A stretch of 64,000 nucleotides of DNA. It comes from a virus. The translations under genes and the position numbers were made by a program. A model generated the notes under the pieces. The model had not been told where the DNA came from. It saw only the letters and a list, made by a program, of their open reading frames with translations, and did no database searches. The first letter of the stretch is position 1. Each line of letters starts with the position of its first letter. Where the stretch lies: IMG/VR virus record IMGVR_UViG_3300018080_000167, positions 1 through 64,000 of that record, one strand, 5' to 3'. Below, piece by piece: positions 30,887 to 40,534 of the stretch.

Positions 30887-31739
30887 TTAAATATTTTCTA
30901 TTTCTTTTAGAATTTCTTTTACTATTGCCAAAGAATTTTCGTAGTCACGCTCTTTAAATTCCATAGCTCCAGAGCCAAAAAAGAGGTCCCACAAAAAATC
31001 AGCTTCTTTTTTGTCTTGTGGGCGTATTGCTTGCAATCTATAAAGTCCAATTTTTGCAAGATGATTTTTAATTTTAGTTTTAATAAAGTTATATTCTTTT
31101 TTTGAAAGACCCATTTTTTCTACTCCCAACTTTATAAAAGATCATATTCTACTCCATCCGATTTAATAATGTCTTTAATTGCATAAACAACAACCATTGT
31201 AATATGTGCGTGTAAAGCCTTCGGTTTAACATTATCAATAATAAAATCGACTATATCACAATCATGATAAAGTTTCCAAACAAGTGCATGCCAAGAAAAA
31301 TTGCATCGTGCATATAATTTTTTATGCATCTCTTTTAATTGTTCACCATCGTATTTTTCTCTAATCTTGCTTTTTACAAATTCATAATTTTCTCTTGTCA
31401 TTTCTGTGCTTTTGTCAAGTAGTGTATAGTATTTTGTAAAATTTTTCATTTTTTGCTCTCTTTTGTAATAGCTTTATTTACTTCAGATTCGTCAATAATA
31501 TCGCTTATTACCTTACCAACAGCAATTTGCACCTCTGTAGCATTTAAATAATTGTATAAATTACCCAAAACAAAGTACACAAGATCAATAGAAGTACAAA
31601 GAATATCCCACACGAACGATTCCCACGAAAGCCCCATACTACGCGCCAAGTGCCGCCTGTTAAGCTCAAGTTGTGCGCCGTTATAATTTTCTTTGATCTT
31701 ATTTTTAATAAATTCGTAATGTTCTGTAGATATTTTCAT
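30887..31739 (-). other. three tandem small paralogous genes (30887..31114, 31132..31449, 31446..31739)
   Basis: Shared Y(N/E)F(I/V)KxKI(K/R) motif; latter two share KI.E.Y.G.QL and SW...VW. Confidence 0.55.
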
Positions 31740-32342
31740 TAGTTTATCTTTCTTAATTTTAATAAACTTACAATTCTCACCTTCTTTTTAATTCTAACAC
31801 ATCTATGTTGAGAAGTATTCCTGTTGCCATTTCCTCTATTTCTCCAAGCTCTTCGATTTCAGGATATTTTTCAGATAAACTAGATGTAATTTCTTTTATT
31901 TTTGTTGCTCTGCTCTCTATACATTTAATTATTGTCATTAATGTTCTCCTTTATTCAAATATTAAGCCATTTTGCCACATGAATTTCAATGGTTGATTTT
32001 GCCATTTCTGGATATTTGTTAAAAAAATTAAAATATGCTTCTCTTGCCTCTTCTCCTGCTTTGACTTCTGCTTCAATAAGCTCTAATGCTTCTTCACAGG
32101 CATTGTCGATATAATCAATATTCATTATGTTCTCCCCGTTTAATTCCTATTTAATATAGATATTATATCCGTCTATTTCAAACATTGTACGATGTTCACA
32201 ACACATATATCCAGATTTGACAATACGATTTTCTTCTGGAGATATTACAGTCGTAAATTTAATATCATTGTCATAGTTTTCGTGTTCGCAGTCTCTACAC
32301 TCACAACATTGGGTTTTATTCATAATGTTTTTCTCCTAAAAT

Positions 32343-32475
32343 AAAAAAAGCCCACGCCAAAAGAGGTGTTCTAACGTGGACTATAAGGGAATATTTTTTA
32401 AATAAATTTATCTAAATAGGTTGAATCTGACAAGTCAAATCATCTATTTAGGTTCCAGCTTTATTGAATTTCCTT
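32343..32475 (-). ncRNA. candidate small RNA between a class I motif and a terminator
   Basis: No ORF; long hairpin 32412-32451; terminator hairpin 32349-32382 plus T7. Confidence 0.4.
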
Positions 32476-32520
32476 CTCACATACTACACGCCGGATTGAA
32501 AAAATGAGATTAAAAAATAT
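32476..32520 (-). promoter_or_regulatory. class I early motif
   Basis: TTTTAATCTCATTTTTTCAATCCGGCGTGTAGTATGTGAG; core 32493-32499. Confidence 0.7.
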
Positions 32521-32623
32521 TTTTTGTATTATAATTGTTGTAAGACAATCTATTGTTATCTAATATTAAAAATTAAAAGAAATGACTGTTTGGAACCATT
32601 ATTTGCGCTTGATACAATAAATG

Positions 32624-32806
32624 TTACATTTGACGCAATTGTTTTATCTTTTGTAACATCTCATGTTGCTTTGTCCGCAATTGGAGCAGGTCGAGGCATT
32701 CTGTGAAGTGTGCATTTTTGTCGAGCTGTTTGAGTTGTTCGTGACTAAGTTGTTGTGCAATTTCAACGAATGCTTCTACAATCTGTGAGCGCGGCTGTAA
32801 CTTCAT
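32624..32806 (-). CDS. hypothetical protein
   Basis: AGGAGG RBS; amphipathic 60-aa product. Confidence 0.55.
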   Translation of the reverse strand: MKLQPRSQIVEAFVEIAQQLSHEQLKQLDKNAHFTECLDLLQLRTKQHEMLQKIKQLRQM

Positions 32807-33320
32807 AATTTCCTCCTAAATGGTATTTTAATAAGAAAAAAAGCACTTTTTGTTTTTTAATAATACTACAAATAAAAAGAAGAATAAGAGAGAAAGGAGT
32901 AGAAAGGGGAAGGGAGTTAGGAAAAGGTTGGTGGGTTGGGTGTTTCCTATTGTGAGATGCGCCAAAAAAATGATAATTCTCTAACGATTTTTCCGTTTTG
33001 CTTCCGCCATTAACGTTGCCGCCCCTGCTATTACTCTTAGTAATTGCTGTTTTTAGCCAAAAAATTAACTTTTTTTTAAAAGGAGCCATTATTATTTTTA
33101 TTCTCCCGACTTTTAATAATATTATTATAACGAATATTATCTAACGTATTATTGCCAAAAAAATCCTTTTTTACATTAATAACTTCACTAATAATAGCAT
33201 TTTTACTGCTTTTTTTATGTCGCCATTATTATCTAAGGTATTACGGGTGTGCCCTTATTATACAAATCGATACAAATCGTTGTTTTTGAGCCAAAAATGG
33301 CACTTTCATTTAACACTTCT

Positions 33321-33463
33321 AACCGTCATATGACACTTTCCAACCGTCATATGACACTTTCTGAACCGTCGTGTGACATTTTCCAACCGTCATATGACAC
33401 TTTCTGAACCGTCGTGTGACACTTTCCAACCGTCATATGACACTTTCTGAACCGTCGTATGAC
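33321..33463. repeat. 7-copy tandem array of alternating 21/22-bp units AACCGTC(A/G)T(A/G)TGACACTTTC(C/TG), iteron-like
   Basis: Unit starts 33321, 33342, 33364, 33385, 33407, 33428, 33450; internal palindrome GTCATATGAC. Confidence 0.95.
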
Positions 33464-33476
33464 GACTTCTCAATTA

Positions 33477-33788
33477 TTATGTGAACGGAATAACATCGTC
33501 ATCACAACCATTTATACAAGTATCAATATCATCGATTTTTTCTTTTAATATTTTATATTGTTTTTCTACATCGTCTAATCTGATATTAGCCGCATTCAGC
33601 GCTTGCAATACCTCTTCTTGGAATTTATTAAAATCATTGGCTTTAATATAATTGCCAGTATGAGTTACATTATTAACAGTATTATTTTTTCTATAATAAT
33701 ATTTTCTATGATTATCACAACAAAATTTTTGTTGTTTTCCAAACAAAGGTTTTCCGCAATATTCACATTTTTTAGTATATTCTACCAT
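33477..33788 (-). CDS. Zn-finger + coiled-coil protein with SSB-like acidic tail
   Basis: CEYCG...KFCCDNHR; C-terminus DDDVIPFT. Confidence 0.6.
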   Translation of the reverse strand: MVEYTKKCEYCGKPLFGKQQKFCCDNHRKYYYRKNNTVNNVTHTGNYIKANDFNKFQEEVLQALNAANIRLDDVEKQYKILKEKIDDIDTCINGCDDDVIPFT

Positions 33789-33802
33789 ATATTACCTCGA
33801 TA

Positions 33803-34348
33803 TTAAAAATTATCTTTTTTTAATGGTTTCCAACAAATCGCTGTTTTAATTTCTTCAAGCTCCTTTTTAATTTCTATATTTTCCTTTTCAAGTGCTGAAA
33901 TTTTTGCCAACAGCATTTCAATTATTTCTTCAAACATTTTATTTTTCTTCTTCCAGACTATCGAGCCTTTCTTCGACATCACAGATGCTATTTTCAAGCT
34001 CTGCGAGCCCTTCACTTAGCTCAAGTATTGCGGGTGATTGTTCAAGAGTGTCAAGTCGATCATCCAGCCGAATTGCAAAAGATTTAATAATTTCGAGCTT
34101 TTCTTCCAGCCTATCTATTTTTTCTTGCATTTCCTGTATCTCGACAACCATTTTGTATTCCATCATTATTCCTTTTCGTTAAGTTGCCTTTTAAGCTCTG
34201 CAATTTCTTGCTCAAGTTTATATACTTTTGATTTTGTATCGTTCATAATATTTATTATTGCCAACCATATTTGTGAAAAACTATCTGTAATTGCATTGCC
34301 TACTTCATAATCTTTATTAGCTCTTGGTACAGTTACTTTATTAAACAT
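33803..34348 (-). other. three short coiled-coil genes
   Basis: ORFs ending 33803, 33939..34166 and 34166..34348 with E/K/L heptads. Confidence 0.55.
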
Positions 34349-34363
34349 AATGGGTCCTTTCTG

Positions 34364-34624
34364 CTACTTTTTTGCAGCCCTAAAAAAGTCATATAATGAT
34401 TCGTGTTTATCTTTATAAAAATTTTCACCATCATCAAAGAGTGGCTCAGAAGCCTCACAGCCGTCAATTAGCTCATTTTCTTTTATCGTCTCTTCCAGTA
34501 CAACATCAAACCTTTTAAGCCAATAACGCGCCTCTCCTACCGTTACACCCAAACTTTTAGCCATCTCTCGGACATTAGAACTTGCTTCCGCCAATTCTTT
34601 AATAGTTTTTTTGTTGATATCCAT
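34364..34624 (-). CDS. helix-turn-helix protein
   Basis: NVREMAKSLGVTVGEARYWLKRF. Confidence 0.65.
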   Translation of the reverse strand: MDINKKTIKELAEASSNVREMAKSLGVTVGEARYWLKRFDVVLEETIKENELIDGCEASEPLFDDGENFYKDKHESLYDFFRAAKK

Positions 34625-34647
34625 AATAATACTCCTTTCTACATATA

Positions 34648-34675
34648 ATATCTACTATATTGTAATTTTTTCCTA
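34648..34675 (-). promoter_or_regulatory. class II promoter TAGGAA-N12-TAGTAGATAT
   Basis: Motif upstream of HTH operon. Confidence 0.6.
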
Positions 34676-34699
34676 ATGAATTTGAAATAATTTTATTTT

Positions 34700-35232
34700 C
34701 TCTATTGACAGAGGGGTTCCCTTTTCTCCCTTCCCATAATTTAAGTTTATGGCGGCGGCTACCCCTTCAGGGTAAGGAGGGGGGAGCTATGCCTAACCAT
34801 TATTTTTAGCAAAAAAAGCCTAAATAAAAAAGGCGCTCGCCGATTATGAAAAAAGAGACATTTTTTGGAAAACCTATTGCTCATCGCTTCTGTAGAGCGT
34901 CGAAAGCACGGTGGCATATTATATTTTCCTACATGTTCGGGTGCTGGTTGCAAAGGGAACCAGGGAAGCAGAGCCAGCGCGCACCGTGAGAGGCTCACTA
35001 AAATCGATGGTCTCCCGCCACTCGTGGCGATATATGCCTCCCGCTGTTTCCAGCTACTAAGCAATATATTCTTTTCCATCGACACCTCTCTTTTTCCCTA
35101 AAGCTATTAACTTAAGGTACTTACTAATTAGGTAGCTTTCAAACCTTTGGTTTTTTTATTAAAGAGAGTAACCTGTCTGAAATCTCTCTAATTTAACAGC
35201 AAAGCGATTCGCTGTAAAGAGAACCTTTCTCT
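34700..35232 (-). ncRNA. candidate ~500-nt structured non-coding RNA
   Basis: Directly behind class II promoter; GC-enriched; multiple nested helices including GCTG-GAAA-CAGC. Confidence 0.45.
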
Positions 35233-35240
35233 ATTATATA

Positions 35241-35269
35241 ATATCTACTAAAATGCCTCTTTTATTCAA
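35241..35269 (-). promoter_or_regulatory. class II promoter TTGAAT-N13-TAGTAGATAT
   Basis: Motif with no convincing ORF downstream. Confidence 0.6.
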
Positions 35270-35803
35270 TATTTTTTAAAATTTATTTTTTTTAATGAAA
35301 ATATTATAGAATTTATTATAAAATGTATTACTGCAAATATTAAAGGGGGGAGGGTTAAAGTGTAATTATAAAAGAAGTTATTAAGGATTGCCAATTTGGC
35401 AATTTCATCTCCAGTCGCTCTCGCTCTCTGAACACAAAAAGGTAATTATTATAAAAGTTATTAAAGTAAGTATTACTGTATAACAAAAAATAAAGAAGGC
35501 GACGATTATGCCGCCCTCAATATTTTCTTGATCTTAAAAAACTATTATTATTTTGGATCAATAGAATTATTATTCTTGCTGCACCCCGTTAAAACCATTA
35601 TAAATATGAACGCCCTCCTCTGTAGGTTCCCACTTCCTATAAACCTCATAGGATTGATTGCCATAGCGCACACTAGTAAAGCGTGCTACAAGCCGCCATT
35701 CGGATGCATAATGGTAATGATCAGCTAACCAAAGCAGCATTTTTTTGTCTCTTGGCTCTGCATATTTTTCAATTTCTTCTTTAATTTTCATAGTGTGGCT
35801 CTC

Positions 35804-36106
35804 CTAACTACAATAAAGATAAAGTTTTACACAATCTTCACCATTTTCATCTTCAAAAAGTTTAACAAGATGTCCGCTAAAAAAAGAATCTGCGTCATAC
35901 CCATCAAATGGCTTCATCCAATCTGGGGGATTTGGATTATAGACGGGATTGTGAACAGCCATAAATTCGCTTAAAAAGTATTTTTCGCCGTTGTGCTCAA
36001 AGTATTGCTCCAGCTCTCCGTTTTCTTTGTCGTCTTCCCATTCTGGGATTCCGTAATTTAATTCTTTGATCCCTAAAAATTTAATATCAGGTTTATCGCA
36101 CTCCAT
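35804..36106 (-). CDS. conserved acidic early phage protein
   Basis: YFLSEFM...DGYDADSFFSG.LV motif; start at MECDKP with GGAGG RBS. Confidence 0.65.
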   Translation of the reverse strand: MECDKPDIKFLGIKELNYGIPEWEDDKENGELEQYFEHNGEKYFLSEFMAVHNPVYNPNPPDWMKPFDGYDADSFFSGHLVKLFEDENGEDCVKLYLYCS

Positions 36107-36107
36107 T

Positions 36108-36284
36108 TTAATCCTCCACTTCTTCGAGTTTAAAATCGTCGCAATCAAGATAATCGTCCGCATTGTCAATATGCTCTTCATAGTCAAGCTGTTCCATCTT
36201 TGCCTTCGCTTCTTTTTCACTATCTGCTTTTACCTTGAAATATTCACGCACTGTAATTTTTTGACTAAAAATGTAAGTTTTCAT
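36108..36284 (-). CDS. small acidic protein (58 aa, not in ORF track)
   Basis: MKTYIFSQKITVREYFKVKADSEKEAK...; AGGAGG RBS. Confidence 0.6.
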   Translation of the reverse strand: MKTYIFSQKITVREYFKVKADSEKEAKAKMEQLDYEEHIDNADDYLDCDDFKLEEVED

Positions 36285-36461
36285 TTCATCCTCCTATAAA
36301 GTCATAAAGTTTTTCAAGTGTTTGAACAGCTCCAAAGGAATAATATTCAGCTTTCATATAACTATTATATATAAAAGTAAAATATTTGTTCCCGCCTTCA
36401 TGCATAATTCTGAAATTGTAACCGTTTTGACTCCCTGTTAATGTTTCCATTTTTTTACCTC

Positions 36462-36505
36462 CTTACATCCTTCACACGTAGGATTGAAAAAATAGAATGA
36501 AAAAT
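36462..36505 (-). promoter_or_regulatory. class I early motif, leftward member of divergent pair
   Basis: TTTTTTCAATCCTACGTGTGAAGGATGT; core 36481-36487. Confidence 0.7.
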
Positions 36506-36696
36506 ATATTTTTTTACTTATACATCTATATATAATAAACAACATCCTATGTATGGCAGTGTACATTTTTTGTACATCGACATAAGATGTACATCATTAA
36601 AAGATACACTAATACGTTCCGTTATATCTTTACAATTAAACCTGTATTTAATATTTCCATCAATAAATTAGCTATTAAAATTGAAAGCTGAAAAAA

Positions 36697-36735
36697 TTTT
36701 AATAAAAAAATTCAATCCGGTGTGCGGTAGATGTA
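36697..36735 (+). promoter_or_regulatory. class I early motif, rightward member of divergent pair
   Basis: TTCAATCCGGTGTGCGGTAGATGT; core 36712-36718. Confidence 0.7.
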
Positions 36736-36783
36736 AGCAAAAATTTAAATTTTACAAAAAACTATTATTAAAGGAGAGGCAAG

Positions 36784-37338
36784 ATGAACTACGAAAAAGA
36801 GTCTGGAAGTTTGTATGATAAAAGAGCAAGGTGGGCTTCAAGGCTCCGCAGTCTGCGCAACGAACTGAATGATACAGCATCAGAGCTTGGAATAGATGAT
36901 TATTTTTATAATCTGTTCAACGGGGCTGGTGATGTAATCCATAGTCTTATGTGCGAATTTATTGATTCTTTGAAGGAGGATGAAATGAAAGTTGACATTG
37001 AAGACACTTTACAGAAGAATGTTGATGAGGCAATTGAAAATTTGGAAGAGCTTATTGAAGAAACATGGGAAGACGAGGAAGAAAGAGAAGAGTTGACGGC
37101 ATTTGAGATTCAACAAAAACTCGATTATGATGGTAGGATTCACGAAATTATTGATAGTGCAGTACCTATTTATACAAAAGAGATCAAGGATACATGGTAT
37201 TTACACGAACACAAATTACTTGAGGCATACGAAAATGAAGGACTTGGGAAAAACCCCCACGAGAACGATGGGATGGTTGCAATCTTTTGTTACATTTCAC
37301 AAAAGGTTTTTGAATGGCTTTTCCAAGAGTACAATTGA
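36784..37338 (+). CDS. Ocr-like acidic DNA-mimic (anti-restriction) protein with N-terminal extension
   Basis: IHEIIDSAVPIYTKEI resembles T7 Ocr IHMAADNAVPHYYADI; very D/E-rich; first rightward early gene. Confidence 0.65.
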   Translation: MNYEKESGSLYDKRARWASRLRSLRNELNDTASELGIDDYFYNLFNGAGDVIHSLMCEFIDSLKEDEMKVDIEDTLQKNVDEAIENLEELIEETWEDEEEREELTAFEIQQKLDYDGRIHEIIDSAVPIYTKEIKDTWYLHEHKLLEAYENEGLGKNPHENDGMVAIFCYISQKVFEWLFQEYN

Positions 37339-37559
37339 TAGGAGGAAAAATGAAAACAGCAAATAAAAAATATCGTTATTCGCCATCTTTTTTTGATAGT
37401 ATTATTGCACCACCAGACGGAATAAACGATGGAGATATTGTGACAGTTATTAATGATGCATCTTTGCCAAAGTCAAAAGGGAATTCTTTTGTGACAAAAG
37501 ATGGTGGACCTGTGCGAATGGTAAACGATAATTCATTAGAAAAGGTTTAGGGAGAAAAG

Positions 37560-38090
37560 ATGAGAACAAAACAATATAATGTTTATAAATTTAACGAACT
37601 CTCAAAAGAGGCGCAAGAACAAGCAATATATAATCTCCAAGATATCAATGTAGCGCATAATTGGTGGAGCTATATCTACGGAATGTTTCAACAGTGCGGA
37701 ATAAAAATAAAATCTTTTGATATATATAGATACCAAATAGAAATTGAATTTATCGAAGACATTGAGGATGTTTTTAGTAAACTTATTAAAGACTTTGCCC
37801 TTTATCCTGCGGAACATATTGCGTCACGATATCAACTTATGATTGAACGTAAAAAACAAGAGGCATTGAATAATGAAGGCGTTGACCCATCTGATTTCAG
37901 TGTAGAATGTGAAGAAACTTATGATGATATTTGTGATAGTTTTAAGCACAAAATAAAAAATGAAATTTTTGACACATTAAAAAAAGATTACGATTATTTA
38001 ACAAGCGAAAAAAGCATTGTCGAAACAATCGAACTTAATGACTACGATTTTCTAGATAATGGAGAGTTAGACCCTTTTCCAACAAGCTAA
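37560..38090 (+). CDS. conserved acidic mobile-element/phage protein
   Basis: VYKFNELSKEAQEQAI ... DYDYLTSEKSIVETIELNDYDF..NG. Confidence 0.6.
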   Translation: MRTKQYNVYKFNELSKEAQEQAIYNLQDINVAHNWWSYIYGMFQQCGIKIKSFDIYRYQIEIEFIEDIEDVFSKLIKDFALYPAEHIASRYQLMIERKKQEALNNEGVDPSDFSVECEETYDDICDSFKHKIKNEIFDTLKKDYDYLTSEKSIVETIELNDYDFLDNGELDPFPTS

Positions 38091-38260
38091 CCAACGGGAG
38101 CAAAATCGCTCCCAAAGTAATTAATACGTGCAGTAATAGGTTTCGGCTTTCTCTGAGGTATTGGCGCGTGTATTAAGGGCTTTATTACTTCTGATCTTTA
38201 AAATATTATTGTAAGTATTAAAAAAGGTATTATTGTTTAAAAACCAGGAAAATTTTTAAA

Positions 38261-38300
38261 TTTTAATATTCAATTTTTCAATCCATAGTGCAGTAGATGT
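38261..38300 (+). promoter_or_regulatory. class I early motif
   Basis: TTTTAATATTCAATTTTTCAATCCATAGTGCAGTAGATGT. Confidence 0.75.
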
Positions 38301-38330
38301 CAGCAAACAATCGAATAAAAGGAGAATAAA

Positions 38331-38627
38331 ATGACACTTAACGATTTTTTAAACAGTGATTATTTTCAGAATTACGAACACGATTTTTTCAATACTAATA
38401 TCTATTTTATGTATGATAACAAGACAATAGATAGAATATTTGAAGCAAGAGAAGATGGATGTGATGGTAGGACACACTTTGAAGTAATAGACTTGTGGAG
38501 AGATTCAATTGATTGTGCTTGGCACGATGATGTAGTTACTGAAAAAGAATATGATGATGTTGTTGCAGAGATTAACAAGTGTGAATTGTGGCATTGTGAA
38601 AACGGTTCTTTGTTTCAAACAATTTAA
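38331..38627 (+). CDS. acidic hypothetical protein
   Basis: Own class I motif and AGGAG RBS. Confidence 0.65.
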   Translation: MTLNDFLNSDYFQNYEHDFFNTNIYFMYDNKTIDRIFEAREDGCDGRTHFEVIDLWRDSIDCAWHDDVVTEKEYDDVVAEINKCELWHCENGSLFQTI

Positions 38628-38630
38628 TAA

Positions 38631-38670
38631 TTTTAATCTTCAATTTTTCAATCCAGTGTGCAGTAGATGT
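38631..38670 (+). promoter_or_regulatory. class I early motif
   Basis: TTTTAATCTTCAATTTTTCAATCCAGTGTGCAGTAGATGT. Confidence 0.75.
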
Positions 38671-38702
38671 GAGGGGAAAACAATAACAATTGGGAGGTTA
38701 TT

Positions 38703-38987
38703 ATGTACGATGAAAATGAATTTGAAAAAATGGAGTGTTTGTTAGATGATTGTCGTGGGATTTATATTCCGCAAGCCTTTATTGAGTGTTATAGTTATGA
38801 ACAATGGGGCATTTCCGAAGAAAATGCTACAATATTACTTAAAGGTCCTGAACCTGAAAATGAGCTTTACTGGGAAACTTGGGATGAGGTAATGCGCGAT
38901 GCCGAATATACTGATGAGTTCGGTAACGTTTGGAACTTGTTTCAAGATGGCGACCTTTTCGCTGTTGTTTACAAAGAGTGTGAATAA
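38703..38987 (+). CDS. conserved acidic early phage protein
   Basis: RGIYIPQAF...GPE..ELYWETWDEV...QDGDLF. Confidence 0.7.
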   Translation: MYDENEFEKMECLLDDCRGIYIPQAFIECYSYEQWGISEENATILLKGPEPENELYWETWDEVMRDAEYTDEFGNVWNLFQDGDLFAVVYKECE

Positions 38988-39006
38988 ATCCTCCTAATCT
39001 TATAAT

Positions 39007-39039
39007 AGGACCCTGGATTGTTTCTGGGGTCCTTTTTTT
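39007..39039 (+). terminator. intrinsic terminator
   Basis: AGGACCCTGGA...TCTGGGGTCCT plus T-run. Confidence 0.75.
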
Positions 39040-39606
39040 ATTAAAGGAGTTATTATGGAATATATTATTGATTTTTGTTTCACATTAAAAACAAATAAAG
39101 ATTTTTCTGATATTACCACAAAAGAATTTATCAATGCAGCAAAAAAACGCCTTGATGATGTGGAAATAGCAGATGATATTGAGGCATTTGGTATTGTTGA
39201 TGTTATTAGTGAGGAGGAATAAAATGTTTGAGCGAATAAAATTTTGGAAAAGCGATCGTGTTTGGTATCGCAAGTGTGATGATAGATTCATCCTTACCAC
39301 TACATTTGATTATGGTAGAAACATCGGATGTTGTGCAAGAAATTATTTTATTGCAACGATGCGTAATGCAGCAAAGGGAAGAAAAGTAATCGTGAGGCGT
39401 ACATGATTATTATTATACTTACTATTGGACTTATTATCTTATTGTATTACGGAAGTAAGCTTGATGTAGAATATCGTAATAATGTACGTATTAAGGAGGA
39501 AAAGAAAAGACAAAAAAGATTTATTGATATGCAGAGTACACATCATCAAGGTGGTGGTTCAAATCAATATATTGGCACTATTTATAATTCTTGTGATATT
39601 TTTTGA

Positions 39607-39650
39607 TTTTAATATTCAATTTTTCAATCCAGCGTGTTATAGGTGAGAGG
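39607..39650 (+). promoter_or_regulatory. class I early motif
   Basis: TTTTAATATTCAATTTTTCAATCCAGCGTG. Confidence 0.75.
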
Positions 39651-40069
39651 AAACAAAATTTTTATTAGGAGGTAAAAATGCTTTTTCCATTTGCTGAATA
39701 CGAGAAACGCGCTAAGAAAATGACAATCGCTGAACTGTTCTATGCCAAAAGAGATGCCTATCGTGCAGCACAATCTTTGAAGGGCGCAGATGTTCGAGGC
39801 AAGGATGAGAACTGGTATATGGATGAGTGTCATACCTATGGCGATGAAATAAGGCGGCGTCAAAAAAACGTATAATATAATTCACACAAAGGAGGAAACC
39901 TTATGTATTATATTATTGACTTTATTATGACGTTGCACGAAAAAATGGTTGAAAGAAAATTTCAAAAGAAGAAAGATAAAATTCGCAAAAAATGCAGAAA
40001 AAATCAGGTTACAAAGTCACGTTTCAAAGATAGTTCTATTGTTTAAGAAATTAAAAACTTTAACTTGGT

Positions 40070-40099
40070 GGGGATGGTGCGTTACCATCCCCTTTTTTT
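40070..40099 (+). terminator. intrinsic terminator
   Basis: GGGGATGGT-GCGTT-ACCATCCCC plus T7. Confidence 0.8.
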
Positions 40100-40132
40100 A
40101 TTATTGAAGTTATTAAAGTAAAAAAAATAAAA

Positions 40133-40175
40133 TTTTAATATTCAATTTTTCAATCCAACGAGTAGTAAATGAGAG
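40133..40175 (+). promoter_or_regulatory. class I early motif
   Basis: TTTTAATATTCAATTTTTCAATCCAACGAGTAGTAAATGAG. Confidence 0.7.
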
Positions 40176-40203
40176 GGAAACAAAGATTATTAGGAGGTTG
40201 AAA

Positions 40204-40443
40204 ATGTTAAAGATTCACGCAAGTACAGCAAACACTATTCAGGCCTGGATTGATGATAATCTGGTGCTTTTCAGTTACAACACTCCTGTTGCGATTAGCA
40301 CACCAACGGGATTTGTAAAGACTTCCAAAAAATGGTCCGTTACGACATCGAAACATATCAATAAGTTCTTGAACGGACATCACGCAGAGGAGGTGAGTCA
40401 GGAAGAAATCGAAAAAATTGTGACAAAAAATACTGTTCTTTAA
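40204..40443 (+). CDS. conserved small phage protein
   Basis: LFSYNTPVA...KKWSVTTSKHINKFL. Confidence 0.7.
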   Translation: MLKIHASTANTIQAWIDDNLVLFSYNTPVAISTPTGFVKTSKKWSVTTSKHINKFLNGHHAEEVSQEEIEKIVTKNTVL

Positions 40444-40534
40444 TCTTAATTTCGTTTGTGAATACGGTTGTACTGTATTCTTTTTTTGCATAAGCCCCAT
40501 CGTTTGGTGGGGCATTTTTATTTTTGGAGGATTT

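Noticed and set aside
32763-33089. 108-aa ORF, and similarly 44561..44800
   Set aside because: Low-complexity translations of G/purine-skewed non-coding blocks
33321-33463. CRISPR array
   Set aside because: Units abut with no unique spacers and no cas genes are present; it is a tandem repeat
34759-35101. 108-aa and 78-aa ORFs as real proteins
   Set aside because: Composition is unlike the phage's K/I/N-rich proteome and they coincide with dense base-pairing; not fully excluded because a GAGG precedes one ATG
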